Shown: positions 37,701 to 50,721 of the stretch, one piece after another | Position numbering within the stretch: the stretch's first letter is position 1 | Layout of the letters: every line of letters begins with the position of its first letter | NCBI GenBank assembly: GCA_038496445.1 | Contig: JALMLS010000093.1 | Span: 496,001-560,000, forward strand | DNA length: 64,000 nucleotides | Reading direction: 5' to 3' | Source: Trichosphaerium sp. ATCC 40318 | Taxonomy: Eukaryota; Protista; Tubulinea | Notes under the pieces: model-generated | Told to the model about the DNA's origin: nothing | Databases searched by the model: none | Seen by the model: the letters and a program-made list of their open reading frames with translations, nothing else | Program-made: the position numbers and the translations under genes

Positions 37701-40389
37701 CTTTTCTATAAACATTGGCAAGCGTGCATGTGTATCATCCTTCTGTTCTCCATTTGTTTTAGGTTCATGTGATATTGTATTTGGAACGATAACAGGTTTT
37801 GATTTTCTATCTTCAATAGTTGGAAACGTATCAACAGAACCTGAGAGAGAGCGTGTCAGCTACAAATCAACAAAAGTAAAAAAAAAGCGAATCAGACGGG
37901 AAAATAAAGAATCATTGCCTGGCCCATCACGTGATTTTAAAGGATTCTCTTGGCTTATAAAATACAGTGTAATGTTTGTTGCGTACCAAAAGTACTTTCT
38001 AAATCAGCAATATCACCAACAGAACCAGCCTCAGAAAAGTCCTCATAGTACCAATTATCATACTCTTTTTCTGGAATTTCTAATCCTTCAAATTCTTTGA
38101 ACTCATCAGCTGCTTCCTTCTCTTCAGGAGTGGGTTCTTCATCAAATGCTTCACAACACTTTAGTACTACAATGCCGCAAAAATAGCTTACTTGGTATCG
38201 ACATATTATTGATAGCTGTTTCGCAAGCTTCTTTCAGTTCAGGGTCTTTTGAGAAATTCACAGTTTTTCTCAAAACTTTTTTGCCACCTAGTTCGTTAAA
38301 CTCTTTCCTTGATGTGCTAATAGTAGCTAGCTGTGATAACAATAATGCTCCAGTTTTCTTTAGTCCTAATTCTTTTGTACTATCTACCATACGAATAGTA
38401 GCACGAACGCCACCATGTTTACCAATGTGAGCGTTGAGATCACCTTTAAAAATCAGGTAAGTAACTCATTTTTTCTCAGGTTTCCTTTCGAGCGCACGGT
38501 TCATTGCTAGATTTCCAAGCGCCATTGTAGAGTATTTCTGTGCTTCAACGCTAGCTGAAGGTTGCTCTAGTACGCTAACAAGACCAGGAACTGTTTTTCC
38601 AGACATGAGCTGGTCTTGGATCCCATCTATTAACACAGTTAGTTCGAAGTACAAAACACTGAAGAGCACCTGTTAAGGCCATGTTGACCATCGTTTTTAG
38701 CGCTTCCATACGCACCGGTTCCGACTTTGAATCTATAGCATCTGATAGATATTGCACACCACCTTGTTTCGCTAGCTTGACACGCATTTCATCTAAGCAT
38801 CTCCGGTGAGCAAATAGTACAAAAACAAGCCTTGGTTTACCTGAAAATACTGACAGATGGAACATGCCCAATAGAAGTTTCTGTTTAACCTCATTAGGTG
38901 TTGTAGTTCTTCGAAGTAATCCCATGACAGCTGGTATGTGGCAGTTCTCCTCAAACGTTAATTGGAACTCGTCTAGAAAATGTCAATAAATGACTTTTCT
39001 AGGTTCAATGCCAGTGGTGACAAGTCCCAATTGACAACTTAATTTTACTTCATAGAATACTCAAAGGAAAGCAAGATAAACTAAGAATATTTGTTGCCCG
39101 TTAACGCAAAGGCATAATAAAAGAATGAATATCAATCCACAAAAAAAAGATGTACCATGTGCTAACATGTTCGCCATTGCCCAAGAAGCACGAAGTTGAA
39201 CAGTTTCGTCTTTTGATTCTAATAATTCAAAAAGAGCTTTGAAAGTAGCAGAACTAGAACGCTCAGCTTTGAAGAATAATACAGGAAAGTCGTCTAAGAT
39301 TATTTATTAATAAAGACTGTAGAAAAAAAAATAACAAGTACCTTGCACGGCCATGTTCAGAAACGATGATAGAGATGACGCTTGTAATTGAACATCATTT
39401 GATTTTATACCTTGAATCATATGCTTTATACCACCTCCTTGTACAACTTGCTTTGCAGCAGTACTATCTGTTAAAAATTAATATTATTTTTTGGATACAT
39501 TTTCTGGAGGAAAGAACTTGTTAACGGTATTGTTACTCACTTCTTGCAGTTAAAACGTGTGAAAATAAGTTCATCGCTTCATCTTGTACGCTCTTAATCC
39601 CTGAGTATTTGTTTCCGCTCAGAAGATCGTTAACGATTTGAATGACACCCAAATCGGTAAATAACTTTTTATGTGCGGCTGTAACATTGCTTAGTACAAC
39701 TCTACCATTTTAATTATCATGTACCTTGTGTAGTTAGATTAGCTAGAACGCGCAAAAGAGCCAATAGGCACGTTTCGTTAGCTTGAGGTCTAGATAAGAT
39801 AAACTGCAAGGCTTCCTTCGCAGAACCATAGAACTCGTGATTTGCATAAACAGAGAGGTCTTGGCCTATTTGCAAAACATTACATGGACGTATTTTTAAA
39901 TCACGTGACACTCACGAGTAGTTAAATACAGACTGAACAGCTCCATTGAACTCTGTATAACTGCGACATCCTTTGATCGTAAAAGATGAAGTAAAACGCC
40001 CATTCCTATTTAAAAAGCGTTAACAGCGTACTCTCACGTGGTACCATCGGTCACGTGCCTGCATTAGAATCCAATAATTGCGAGAATACAAAATTAGCTA
40101 GTTATTGTCAATGAGTGCTAGGTCATAGTAGTACACTAAAATCGTAGTACAATGGAAATATTTGGATGTCGTTTCACAAAACTAGCAAAAAAAAAAAAAA
40201 AAGGTATTAATTACTCACCTTGTAATTGTACTGCAGGGTTAGTTGATGCCATTACTTTTAACCATTTTTCCTCTTTAGAACGGCTACCTGCCACTTTACA
40301 CGATATAAGATAAGTCTCAAACGCATAACAAGGTAATCTAGCGCACTTTGGCCTGTAGCCTTTTTGAAAAGGGCATCAAGTGAAGCCAT
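34760..40389 (-). CDS. Armadillo-repeat + RhoGEF (DH-PH) protein, GxcC-like architecture
   Basis: Several ARM repeats (GGVQYL..ALKTMVNMA; STMALGNLA); DH motifs ELLQTEGEYVKDL, IFSSIEIIYNYN, PIQRVPRYELLLK, VNQHLN; PH GKLIVFNDGVLIT. Confidence 0.88.
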
Positions 40390-40663
40390 TTCGCCCGAAC
40401 GATGATAACAGTACTATTTGAACCGTTAAACAAGGTATTAATCCGAACACGTGTGTTTACAGGTCGTTGATTTTGAAAATAAATCAAACAAAAAACCAGG
40501 ACAGTTCTACAATCTTCTATTTTTTTTGAAAAAGTCAATATTTTACAATTACAAGAACAAAGTTCGATGGCCTCTCTTGTTCTTTATGTTTTTAACAGTT
40601 TGAAGCTATTCAGGTATACTGTTGTACTTAAACTGATCCTACACATGGGTCATTATAGTGTAA

Positions 40664-42154
40664 TCACGTTTCTTTCATGTCTACATCTGTATCTTTTTTA
40701 GCTTCTGAATCGTCTTCTTGTCCTTGTTTTAGCTTTCTTTTTTTGGCTTTCTTTTGTGCTTCCTTTTCATGCTTACGCTTATTCTTCTTTTCCATAACAC
40801 GCTCTCTTTGTTCCTTTGTTTCTTCCCATGTACATGGCGTAGAATCAAAAACCTTGTAGTCTTTAAACTTTGCGCCTAGAGCAGCTTAGTAAAGAATGTT
40901 GTAAAGGTCAATGATACCTAAAAAGTAAAGTCCATGAGGTGGCGCTGTAGGAGAAGCTTTTGATCTGTCCCTAATGCGCCAATTGTTAATTCAACTACAC
41001 CACTACAATCAAACGTACAAACTCTCCACATTTTTCATAAGTTGCTCAACTGTAAGCCTTCCCAATGCTACAGCAACAACTGCAGCTACCATATTTCTGA
41101 CCTTCAAAAAAAAATGAGAATTATTACTTTTTGCCGGATAACACGTGATGAGGTGATTCAAAAACGTGATTGTCACTTACTTGGTGTAGAAAGAATGCAG
41201 GTGACTTTATAAATATAGAAACGAGCTGTACACTACCACTAAAGCCGAAAGTCAACATGGAAAAACGAACACATGTAATATTCGCTCGTACACTGAAAAG
41301 GCAGGTGGAGGCTCCCGAATGACGTAAAACTCATCAATAGTTCGTATAGGAGACCTATACTGTTCATCCTTTGCTGGACGAAACGTAGATAAATCTCGAG
41401 TACCAGTAAGCGATTTACAAGCCTCCTAATGAAGAAAAATACTGTAAGGAAAAAAATGGAATAGCAACAATTACAATACCTGCATTGCATCAATGTTTAG
41501 AGGTTTTTTAATCATCCACCTTGAGTTCTCATAGAAAGGACTTCCCTCATAGACAGGAGAAGCTGCTATCTTGTATATATACGATCTAGAGAGAGCCCAC
41601 TTCCGTACGTCAAAAGCCTTTATGAAAACATGTGTTAGAAAACAACATTAGGAAGTCAGTTAACGGAAAATTCTCAGTATTTAACGTTTACCTGCTCCAC
41701 ACGTTCGACCTTGGTGATCAAAACGTCTGGTGTTTGTTTCTTTATGAAGAAGTTTACTCCTGCTTGCACTCTCGATGCATCATCAGGCTCACACTAAAAA
41801 ATAGGTTAATTGTTAATTAACAAACTATGCCATATAGACGGTATACGCGTTTATTTGGCGTACGTACAACCTCCCCTGTCTTTGATACTCTCATCATGTC
41901 CACGGTGACATGATTTGCTAAAGCGTGTACGCCAGTGTCTGTACGCCCACATACACCAACGTCAGGGCGAGAATTGCCCGCTAGAAACTTTTCGACGGCA
42001 TTCTGGCAACAATGAGCTCATTACGTGTCATTAAAACTTTTTATACCTCCAGGATAGTTTGAACTGTTTTTTTGTGTTTTGTCTCGTGTTTTTGTCTGGC
42101 ATAGCCCATAAACCTTGAGCCATTGTATTGAATGACAAACTTAAACCTGTGCAT
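40664..42154 (-). CDS. tRNA pseudouridine synthase, TruA family (PUSL1-like)
   Basis: IQYNGSRFMGYARQ, GRTDTGVHALAN with catalytic Asp, NMVAAVV, TAPPHGLYF. Confidence 0.92.
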
Positions 42155-42253
42155 CCCTAATGTGGCGCAGAGCGTAAATACAGGTCGAGAAAAAAAAAGT
42201 TAAAGTCAACCACAGTACTGTTTTCGCTTGAGCACACTTCAGTAAATAACGCT
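42155..42253. promoter_or_regulatory. Probable compact bidirectional promoter
   Basis: 99 bp between divergent start codons at 42154 (-) and 42254 (+). Confidence 0.55.
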
Positions 42254-45200
42254 ATGTGGGTCTGTCAGGCGCGTCGGCTCGCTGCGACGCCAGTTCGCAA
42301 GAAAGCAGAAACTAAGTGGCAACCAAAGCGCTATTATGAAAAGCGACACGATTGGGAGCGTATAAGGAAGGAAACTGATAGAGAACGATGGACACCGCGT
42401 TCTGCTTGTGAAATGTCCTTATATACACCATGGAAGCCAGCAGGCGTAAGCAACCACCAATCGGCGGTATGTGGACATGGATTCCAATATATCTTTTCTA
42501 ATCGCTTCTAAGCTGCCAAAACTTGTTGCACCGGATAGGTGCCCAGCCCCACACCCTCAAACACTTAAAGATACTAAAGTACAACTCAATGGCGTAAATT
42601 ATGCTCTAAACTATCCTAGGAAATGAATATCATACAAACGACACCTGGTGAGAGTTATTCCTCAGGCAAAAACATAATCTTAAATAAATGGCAAACAAGA
42701 AATGCAATGGACTTGACAATGCTTCGAGACCTTCGCACTTTGCTAAAGGTGCGGTTAGAACTAAACACAACTACACGCGCCTCAATACGAAAAATTACGC
42801 TTACAACTCTTAGAAACATAACAGAGATATAGCCAGTGTAGTAACTACGCTAAGAACTACTGATCTAGAGCTTGATATCTGCAGTGGAACAGATTTGGTT
42901 GGTGCGTTCTTCAATACGCTTCAAATGTAAAATCTAAGGCGCCTGACACTCTTGTTTTGTAGATTTGTACAAACACAAAGACGACCCAAAACATTTGCAA
43001 ACTTTCTTCAAGGAGCAGTATGAGATGAATTATATGGTGTCTACTATGAAGAAAACACTAGTCATGCCAATATGTGGTAACGCAAGTACGTAATAGAGGC
43101 ACTATAACGCCGTTTAATCGATTAATTATGATTCTTGTCGCACTTGATTTTTTTTTTTTTTGAAATAAGTTTTCGTTGCTAAGTATACGTTTAGTGGGAA
43201 GCGGTATGGGTTTTTTGATGCATGGTCTAATGCCAACTATTGTTGAAAACTCAGCAATGGCTATGCCTGGTGTCAGTACGTGACAGTTTTATTGTAATTT
43301 TCCAGATTTGAGTTTCGCTTCGTTTCTTCTTGTTCTCATTTTTATGCTAGTGTATGGTTTCTTTGCCGATTGTGGTTCATCTTATGTATTCCCTCGTCTA
43401 CTTAAAAGAGGTATCGGTATGTTCTTGGCTCTCACAGGAAAACGTGTTTCCGGTGACGAAATCTAGTACGTTAACAGGTTTTTTTTTTGCATGCTGGTTT
43501 GATAGCTGTTGTCTTCTTTGTTAACAATGTGCAGTGATATTGGTATAGCTTCATGGAAGTCATCTTGGATGGGTATTATTGGCATGGAACAAAATTTATC
43601 AAGCGAAGCACCAAAATTACAAGACAATGGAGATCCTGTTTGGGATGATGTATTTTATCTGATGGCCCGTGGCAACATGGAGACTTACAGGCGTACGTCA
43701 GATGGCTTTTTTGTTTTAGAAAAGCACTAGCAATAGCCTAGGAGTGTTTTATATTTATATGTTGAATAATAGGTCGTCCTGCTTATAAAGAAAAGTATGA
43801 AGCTATTGAGAGATGTTTTGCGGATAAGAGCAGTTTGGAAGAAATTTTCGAAGCTTTGAAAAAAGAAAATGATCCATGGGCTGATAGTATCATACGTAGA
43901 ATGGAGCGTGCTAATCCATTGAGTTTAAAGGTATGTAATACATCATGTTTTGATGAACCACATGTGAAAGCACATGTGATATGTGTCTTTAAAGCAAAGG
44001 ACGAGCAAGCTCATGTTCGAATCCAAAATTTATGCTTTTGCTGTTTTTTTTGTGATGCAATTACGTTTGTGCTAATGTGTTTTTAGGTCACTTTCTTGGC
44101 TCAAACTAAGGGAGAATACATGACGCTCAAAGAGGCATTACAAATGGAGTATAGGATTGCTAGAAAATTTTTGGTACTTTATTTTTTTCCTATTCGAGTT
44201 TTCTCCACTCATGTGATTTGTAGGAAGGTGATGAATTCTTTAAAGCTATTAAAACACTTGTAATTGATAATGAACCTGATATGGTATGTCTATCTTATTT
44301 TCAAGGTCCACCTAGTCCACCTAAACGGACTTTTTCTTGTTGTTTTTTTTTTTTCAATGCGAAAATCTGGTATACTTGTTTCCTTTGTTGATTTCTTTAG
44401 GTCTGGAAATACAAAGATATATATTCTGTGCCAGACGAGGTTGTATTAAGCTATTTCGATTATAGACATGATCGCGATGAGCTCGTCTTTCAAGCAGCAA
44501 ATCCTCCTGAAGAGCGTCTGTCACGTGCTGATTTTGTGGAGAAATGGAATACTTGGAAAGAAGAGAAGGATGAGGAATATCTCGCTAAGCCAGTAAGATG
44601 CACTAATTTATTGGAAGTTTTTTTTTTGTTTGGGGTTACGAAGATTACTCACATGTTTTGTTTAGGAACCTGTTCCACCTAATATTAAAGAGTGGCTCGC
44701 TGAGAATCCAGAAATCTTGCTTGATGCTAAATTCTTTGCTTTTGAACAGATGAAAGAGTGGTGGAGAGAAAGAGGATCTCGTAATGTCAAAAGAAAGATG
44801 TACGTTTTGGTTTTTTTTTTTTTGGAGAACGGAGTACTGTTGCAACCACATTTTCTAATGTTTTATTTTCTTTTAGTTTGATGGACTACCAGTATGAAGA
44901 AGTTGAACAACATGGTTTAAAACAGGGTGATCTTATGGTAACAGAACTCCTCGCTGAGGAACACATGCAAAACACTGATCCTATTGATCGCAAAGAAGGA
45001 GATCAGTTTTGGGACAAAACAAACAGTGAGTTTTTGGAGTCTTATTTTTCGCTCGTTTAGAAAGCTTCGATAAGCATCCTTTTGTTTTAATTCTCTTATA
45101 CAATAATAGTGGCATTTTTGAGATACGCTGGTGATGTAGCCGAAACACCTCCATGGGCTTGGGAGTGCGTGAAGTCAATTAATTCGGATTTTCAACTTTA

Positions 45201-46862
45201 TTTTTAAAGATCCGACACTTGGGACTCCGAGTGTTCTTTGTTTTTTGTATTATGATAGTTCTTTATTCATGTACAAAATGTTCAATACTGACAGTCTTTC
45301 TTTAGTAAACATATATGGGAAGAAAAAGCAGAGAGCGAGGATAAAATCAGAAAAAAGAACATGTATGGTGAAGAGACCTCTGAACAGTTTTACAAGCGTA
45401 AACCTACAGCATTCCCAGAACCAGAGTACGTCCTGTTTCCATATTTATTATTATAATTATGAATACTTCAAAGCAACTATGTTTTAGTTAATAGGCTGTA
45501 TATACAGTCTTGTTAGCAGCGTGGGTTTTTTTTTCTGGAATTTTTTTTTTAATTTGTTATTGTTCTTTTTGTTTATGTCTTTTTTTTCTTGCTTAGGTTC
45601 TATGATGTTAAGAAGGAATACTCTAATCTCATGAAATTAAGAAAAGAGCCAGTAAGTTACAGTATGATTCAAGAGAACGACGATAATCGTCAAGAAGATT
45701 GGGAGACTAAACAATTAACACAAATCATGGAAGATTTAGATAAACCAGACGCTTTGGATGTTACTAACAAAGTTTCTCATGGAGATAAAGTCAGCGCTTT
45801 CCAAGATGTCTATGAGAAACAAAGAGGTATGTTTCTTTTTATTTCTCTTTGAGAAAAAAAGCCAAAAGAGATACCAACAGTGTGGTGCTTGTTTTTGCCT
45901 TCTCAAAGTGCGCACGTGGGTTTTTTTTTGCATATTTTATGTAGACGTACGTTGATTGTTATTTAGCGGAAATTGAGCATTATATGTCTGATGCTACACC
46001 TTATGAGAGAGCTCAAGAGTTGTATACTGTTATGGAGAATAAAATGCAGATCGCTGAGCACTTTGAGAATCCTGAAGATTGGGATATTGATCCTGTTGAT
46101 GTTATGGAAGATGAAAACACTTCATCTATACCTAAAGAAGCAAGGGTGCATTATGAAGTTGATGAGATTACACCTGAACTTGAGAAAGACTTGACTGACT
46201 GGTACCCTCTTTTTCTTCTTTTTTTTTTTTCTTAGGCTGTTTTTTTTGTTCTGTGGATGTAACTTTATTTGTTTAGGAGTAAAAACTACAGAATGTATTC
46301 TATTGAACGCGATCTTGAACGTGAAAAGAATAGACAAGTGCCTGGAGACGAGGAAATCGCTCAGCATATGTTTGATTTGGGTCATTCTGTACAAACTCCT
46401 GAGCACGATGATCCAGCACCTTATGATCCAGAAGATGACTCATTCGAAGCCCGTATGTTATAGAAATCAATTGAATCTTTTTCCTTTACCTCGCTCTACG
46501 AGGAGTTTGCTTCAAGAAAGGTGTATGACGTGTTTTGCTTATTTTGGCGTGTTTTAGGCCTTGAACTCGGCGGTTTGCGTCCGCCAGAACATGATGATGA
46601 GGATAGACAAGGTGAAGGATCTATTCCTGAGGAAGAAATGTATGAATGGAAGCAAGATAAGATTGATCACGGAGATCCAGGTTCGTATTTTATGATTATT
46701 ACGACACTTTTTTTTAAATGACGAGTACAAGCTTCCCGGGAAATATTTTTTTAACTTTACACGAGCTTTCTTTTGTTTTTGCTAAATGTAATTTTTAAAG
46801 TGTATGGTATCGATTTGGATGCCCGTGAAGACGAAGGCTGGTTGAAACCTGATGACTATTAA
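42254..46862 (+). CDS. HIBCH/crotonase-like protein (candidate mitoribosomal mS47) with long acidic C-terminal extension
   Basis: Basic presequence; NIILNKWQTRNAMDLTML, DICSGTDL, FFKEQYEMNY, MPGVMYGFFADCGSSY, IGMFLALTG, IERCFADKSSLEEI, NPLSLKVT, MEYRIA; more than 10 further D/E-rich exons. Confidence 0.8.
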
Positions 46863-47261
46863 TAAGCTCTATAAAATGAACAATAAAATGCTTGTAAAAA
46901 AAAAATCACGTGACCAACTTGAAATATTTCAAAATTAAAACAAACAAAACCTGTGTCTTGGGTTGTGTCTTTTTAGGTTAACAAACCCAAAAAAAGCACT
47001 TAGAAGTCTCGCGAGATTGATGTCCTAAAAATCTCAACTAAATGCTAATTTTTTTTTTGTGTACCATTTAATTAAGCCAAGAGTCTACTTTTGGATTATC
47101 TTAGGCGTAAATATCTTAAGTGTATTTGTGGTAACACGTTACGGGTTTCTTAGCTTTTTTTTGAGTACGGAAAAGCAGTAAATTAAGCTTCGTTTGTGTG
47201 ATTGTTTGCAGATTTGTTTTCTGACGTCTCATTGTTCCGCGGAGGTTTATAAACTGCATAA

Positions 47262-48188
47262 ATGAATGTGACCGGGTTAACAAACAGTACAACTGTAGGA
47301 GAAGAAGATGAGTTTCCAACACACTTTCTGGTACTTTCATGTATTGGCCTAAGTATATCTACGCTAGCTAGCATTGTTGCTATTGTCTTTTGGTTCACGA
47401 AGTCTAAACGACTCAATATAAACAACGGGTTTCTTATTATATCGCTCGTAGACTTGGTTTCGGCGTTATTATGGTTGATTGACGTTATAACTATCGATGA
47501 CAAATCAAAACAGCTATGTTCGGCCTTTTCTTTCGCAAAACAGTTCCTCATAAGCTCTCAGATGGTTTGGGTTGTATATCTTACGACAATAAAGTATATA
47601 ATCTTATTAAAGCCAAATTCTCAATGGAAGGCAGTAAAGGCCTCTCTAGACCTTGCTTACAAGGTATTCCACGTAACAGCGTGGAGTTTTGGTCTTTTTG
47701 CTGGCGTTGTTGTCGCTATTTGGGGAGAGACGGAAGTGACTGAATTTGGATGCTGGATGAACGAAGAGAGTAATGCAGGGATTATAACGAGAAGTTTGTT
47801 TCTTGTTGTGCCTTTTCTCATTTTACTTTCTCTTCAGATTATCACTGTTATAGCCTTATATTCAAGGTACCGTAACCTAAGACATAATAAGACAACACGA
47901 AGACGAGTAGGCGGTCTTCTATTTTCTTCAAACGTTCATCTTGTTCTTTACTTTTTTCTTTGGATTTGGCTTATTATAGACATTGTTTACGACTTTGCTG
48001 CTCAGAAACATAATGATGTTATTGTTATTTTAGCTATTATTGGTATAACTCTTTTTGGTCTTCCTAATTGTATCGCTTTTTTACTGTTGTTCAGAAATCC
48101 TTCTTCTTCTTCTTCAGGTTCGTCTACTAAGAAGAGTAAGAGTAATATATCTACACAAACAAAGACCACAACACAAGGAACAACATAG
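47262..48188 (+). CDS. Intronless 7TM GPCR, cAMP-receptor-like (cAR/Crl) family
   Basis: Seven hydrophobic segments; LCSAFSFAKQFL in TM3, FGCWM in ECL2, YFFLWIW, GLPNCIAF. Confidence 0.85.
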   Translation: MNVTGLTNSTTVGEEDEFPTHFLVLSCIGLSISTLASIVAIVFWFTKSKRLNINNGFLIISLVDLVSALLWLIDVITIDDKSKQLCSAFSFAKQFLISSQMVWVVYLTTIKYIILLKPNSQWKAVKASLDLAYKVFHVTAWSFGLFAGVVVAIWGETEVTEFGCWMNEESNAGIITRSLFLVVPFLILLSLQIITVIALYSRYRNLRHNKTTRRRVGGLLFSSNVHLVLYFFLWIWLIIDIVYDFAAQKHNDVIVILAIIGITLFGLPNCIAFLLLFRNPSSSSSGSSTKKSKSNISTQTKTTTQGTT

Positions 48189-49432
48189 AGTGATTCAAGA
48201 TAAGTTTTGGGACTCAGTCTGTTCTCGCGTCTTTAATAGATGTAAAGACACCTGTGTGACAATACTAAGAAAAAAATGAGAAAGATTCAAGCCACCCTCG
48301 AAGTTTCTTCTACCAATGACGAACTCAGTTAAATTCTATTTTGAACTTCTTGATGTAAAACAATGTTCATAGTTGTTTATAAAGATTACCCTTTCTTTTT
48401 GGTTGTTAAAACACTACAAGCAGAATTGTTCGACGAGTCGTGCGGAAGCAACTTTAGTGATTTCTTTTAAAATACTAGATTTTTGTAGAATTTTGAGTGT
48501 TCGTGAGTACTCACAATTTCTGTCTCGAAAACAATGATTTCTAATTACTCTCTATCTAGAATCACTGTACTTGGAGCAAAAGAGTACATGAGCACCAGTC
48601 AGTGGAAAGTCTAGAATCTCATATAAATACAAGAAAACAAGTGGATCGTAATCCTAAAGAAAAGACCAAGACCAGTGCAAGACCTGTCAGTATATCCGTT
48701 GATGTGAATACCTGTGGAAAATAATGCCAGGTAAAAACAATAATCCATTAGGTAGACATCTCAGTATAAAAAGGCAAGGTTTCGATGAAATTTAACTGTT
48801 CATAACGCCACTTTTTACTCACCCAAAACTCAACTACAATGGCAGCAATACTGAAAACCAACAGCACCACACGTGTTTTTGAAGGTTTATTTTTAGACAT
48901 TATTTATCAGTCCCTTTTGTTACAACTGGGCTAGTACCATGTACACCGTTAGCATCTGAGATATTGGTAGTTTGACCAATTGTAACATCCTTTGTAACAA
49001 TATAGCCGTCTTTAGTTTTTCTAAGGTTCAAAGAGAAACCAGAGAATGCGTAGTTGTTTGATCCTGATTTTTTTTAATCCCTTTAACATCTCTTTCGTCG
49101 TTATCGCATTGGTGTGTCAAGTCAAATACGTTCTGTGAACGTTTTCCGATGACCCGGCCAAAGGAATTGAGGTAAAACGTTAAACAAACAGATTCATCTG
49201 TGTTTCAAAGTGCCTTGTTGTCGAACAGTTTCGTTACTCTATGGATTATTTATTTCGCTTACCATATTAGTCATAAAAAAGCACCTGTGATTCGAGTCTT
49301 GTTCTTCTTCACTTGTAGATGCTTACAAGGTGAGGAAACGATATTATGGTCTACTAGATACTGAAAAAAGTTGTGTTAAGTGCAAGAAAGTTGGGACTTG
49401 ACTGTAATTAGAGGTAAATACATTTATTTATT

Positions 49433-50154
49433 TCAAAACCACCTACTCCTACAAAAGTGGATGAAGTGTATAATACAGAATATCAGTACGCCAATAACTA
49501 TGATGCTCAAATCATTGTTATCAATATCTTCTCCAGGCATAAATCCGCCAAACACGTTTTTTTTTGCTTCGAGTTGTTTTATTCTATCCTTACTTTTTGT
49601 CAAGTCAGATTTTAGATCCATCACAAGTCTTTGTAAAGAATCGATTGTATGCTTCTCAACAGCACGTAATCCAAGTTCCATCAAACGCTCTCGTTTTAAT
49701 ACATTTATTGTAAACCGAATTTTGGCCACGTGTTCCTACCAACAAAAGTTATTTTTAGATGAATGACAAAGGAAAAATTTTCGTTGAAGGCAAAAACGTC
49801 GTACCTCTTCGACAACGGTAAAACTAGCGTGATCGTCTGTCTCATTTAAACTTGCCAGTATGACATTCTCTAAATCATCTACTGTTTGTATAATACCTTG
49901 GGAGGCTTCAAGAACATCTTTTGATGAAATGTTATCTTCGTAAGCAACGTGGCTTCTAAAAAAAGTTCTCAGCTATTAAATTAACTCTACAGTCTTGTTA
50001 TAACGTACTTGGTGAGTTCTAATCTCAACCGTAATTCGCCACCTTGAACTGAAATCAGTTTCACGTTATAATCTGTATTAGATCCATCAACTAGGACTAC
50101 GTTTGCTGTTGTGTACGCCAAACAAATAATAATAAACAAGAGTTGAAGAGTCAT
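49433..50154 (-). CDS. Type I membrane protein with luminal coiled coil
   Basis: Signal peptide MTLQLLFIIICLAYTTA; LQRLVMDLKSDLTKSKDRIKQLE; C-terminal TM LSIIVIGVLIFCIIHFI; two introns. Confidence 0.7.
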
Positions 50155-50349
50155 GTGTTAACTGTTTTTCTAGCTTGTTTTTTAGCTCAAACACTAAGTC
50201 GCTAGATGACTTAAACTCAACACCACTGCAACGTGGTCATGCACATCATAATGTATTTGCATAGTACATAATGGCCCTGGTTTCAAATGCGTAAACAAAG
50301 CCAAAACAAGAAGAAGGTGAACCATAAGCCAACGTGACAGTTTTTCTAC

Positions 50350-50721
50350 TTAAACGGAACATAACGGTTTTATTAATACTTTACGCTTCTTTGTTTGTTT
50401 ATGACTATACCAAAGCATGCTCATATTACGTTTCCTCTTTTTCTTACGTGAACACTGAGTATTTTTGGCTTGAAATAGTTTTCTTCTTTTAGGTTTTTGT
50501 TCAAACCAAACTTCGCTGCTCATACCTTCTTCTAAATTACCTCTGGTTCGCTTCAATGAGTTATTTTGACACCCAAGTGTATATGGAAGATATGAATTAT
50601 ATTCTCTGGAGTGTGTATGGGCTTGTGGTTCACTATCAACATCATCTGTCTGTTTTGTTTTCGACATTAAATTTTTTGTGTTGCAACAAACATCAACCAT
50701 CTCAATGTCCATCGTTGCCAT
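50350..50721 (-). CDS. Small intronless basic protein with NLS-like clusters
   Basis: 123 aa ORF with KPKRRK, RKKKRKR, KKRK. Confidence 0.5.
   Translation of the reverse strand: MATMDIEMVDVCCNTKNLMSKTKQTDDVDSEPQAHTHSREYNSYLPYTLGCQNNSLKRTRGNLEEGMSSEVWFEQKPKRRKLFQAKNTQCSRKKKRKRNMSMLWYSHKQTKKRKVLIKPLCSV

Noticed and set aside
37841-37919. Additional GC donor (GCAATG) in the RhoGEF gene
   Set aside because: A phase-compatible GT donor (C/GTGATG) lies 12 nt upstream, so it cannot be called
44010-44025. tRNA T-loop/B-box-like GTTCGAATCC (also GGTTCGA at about 5457)
   Set aside because: No T-stem pairing or cloverleaf around either site
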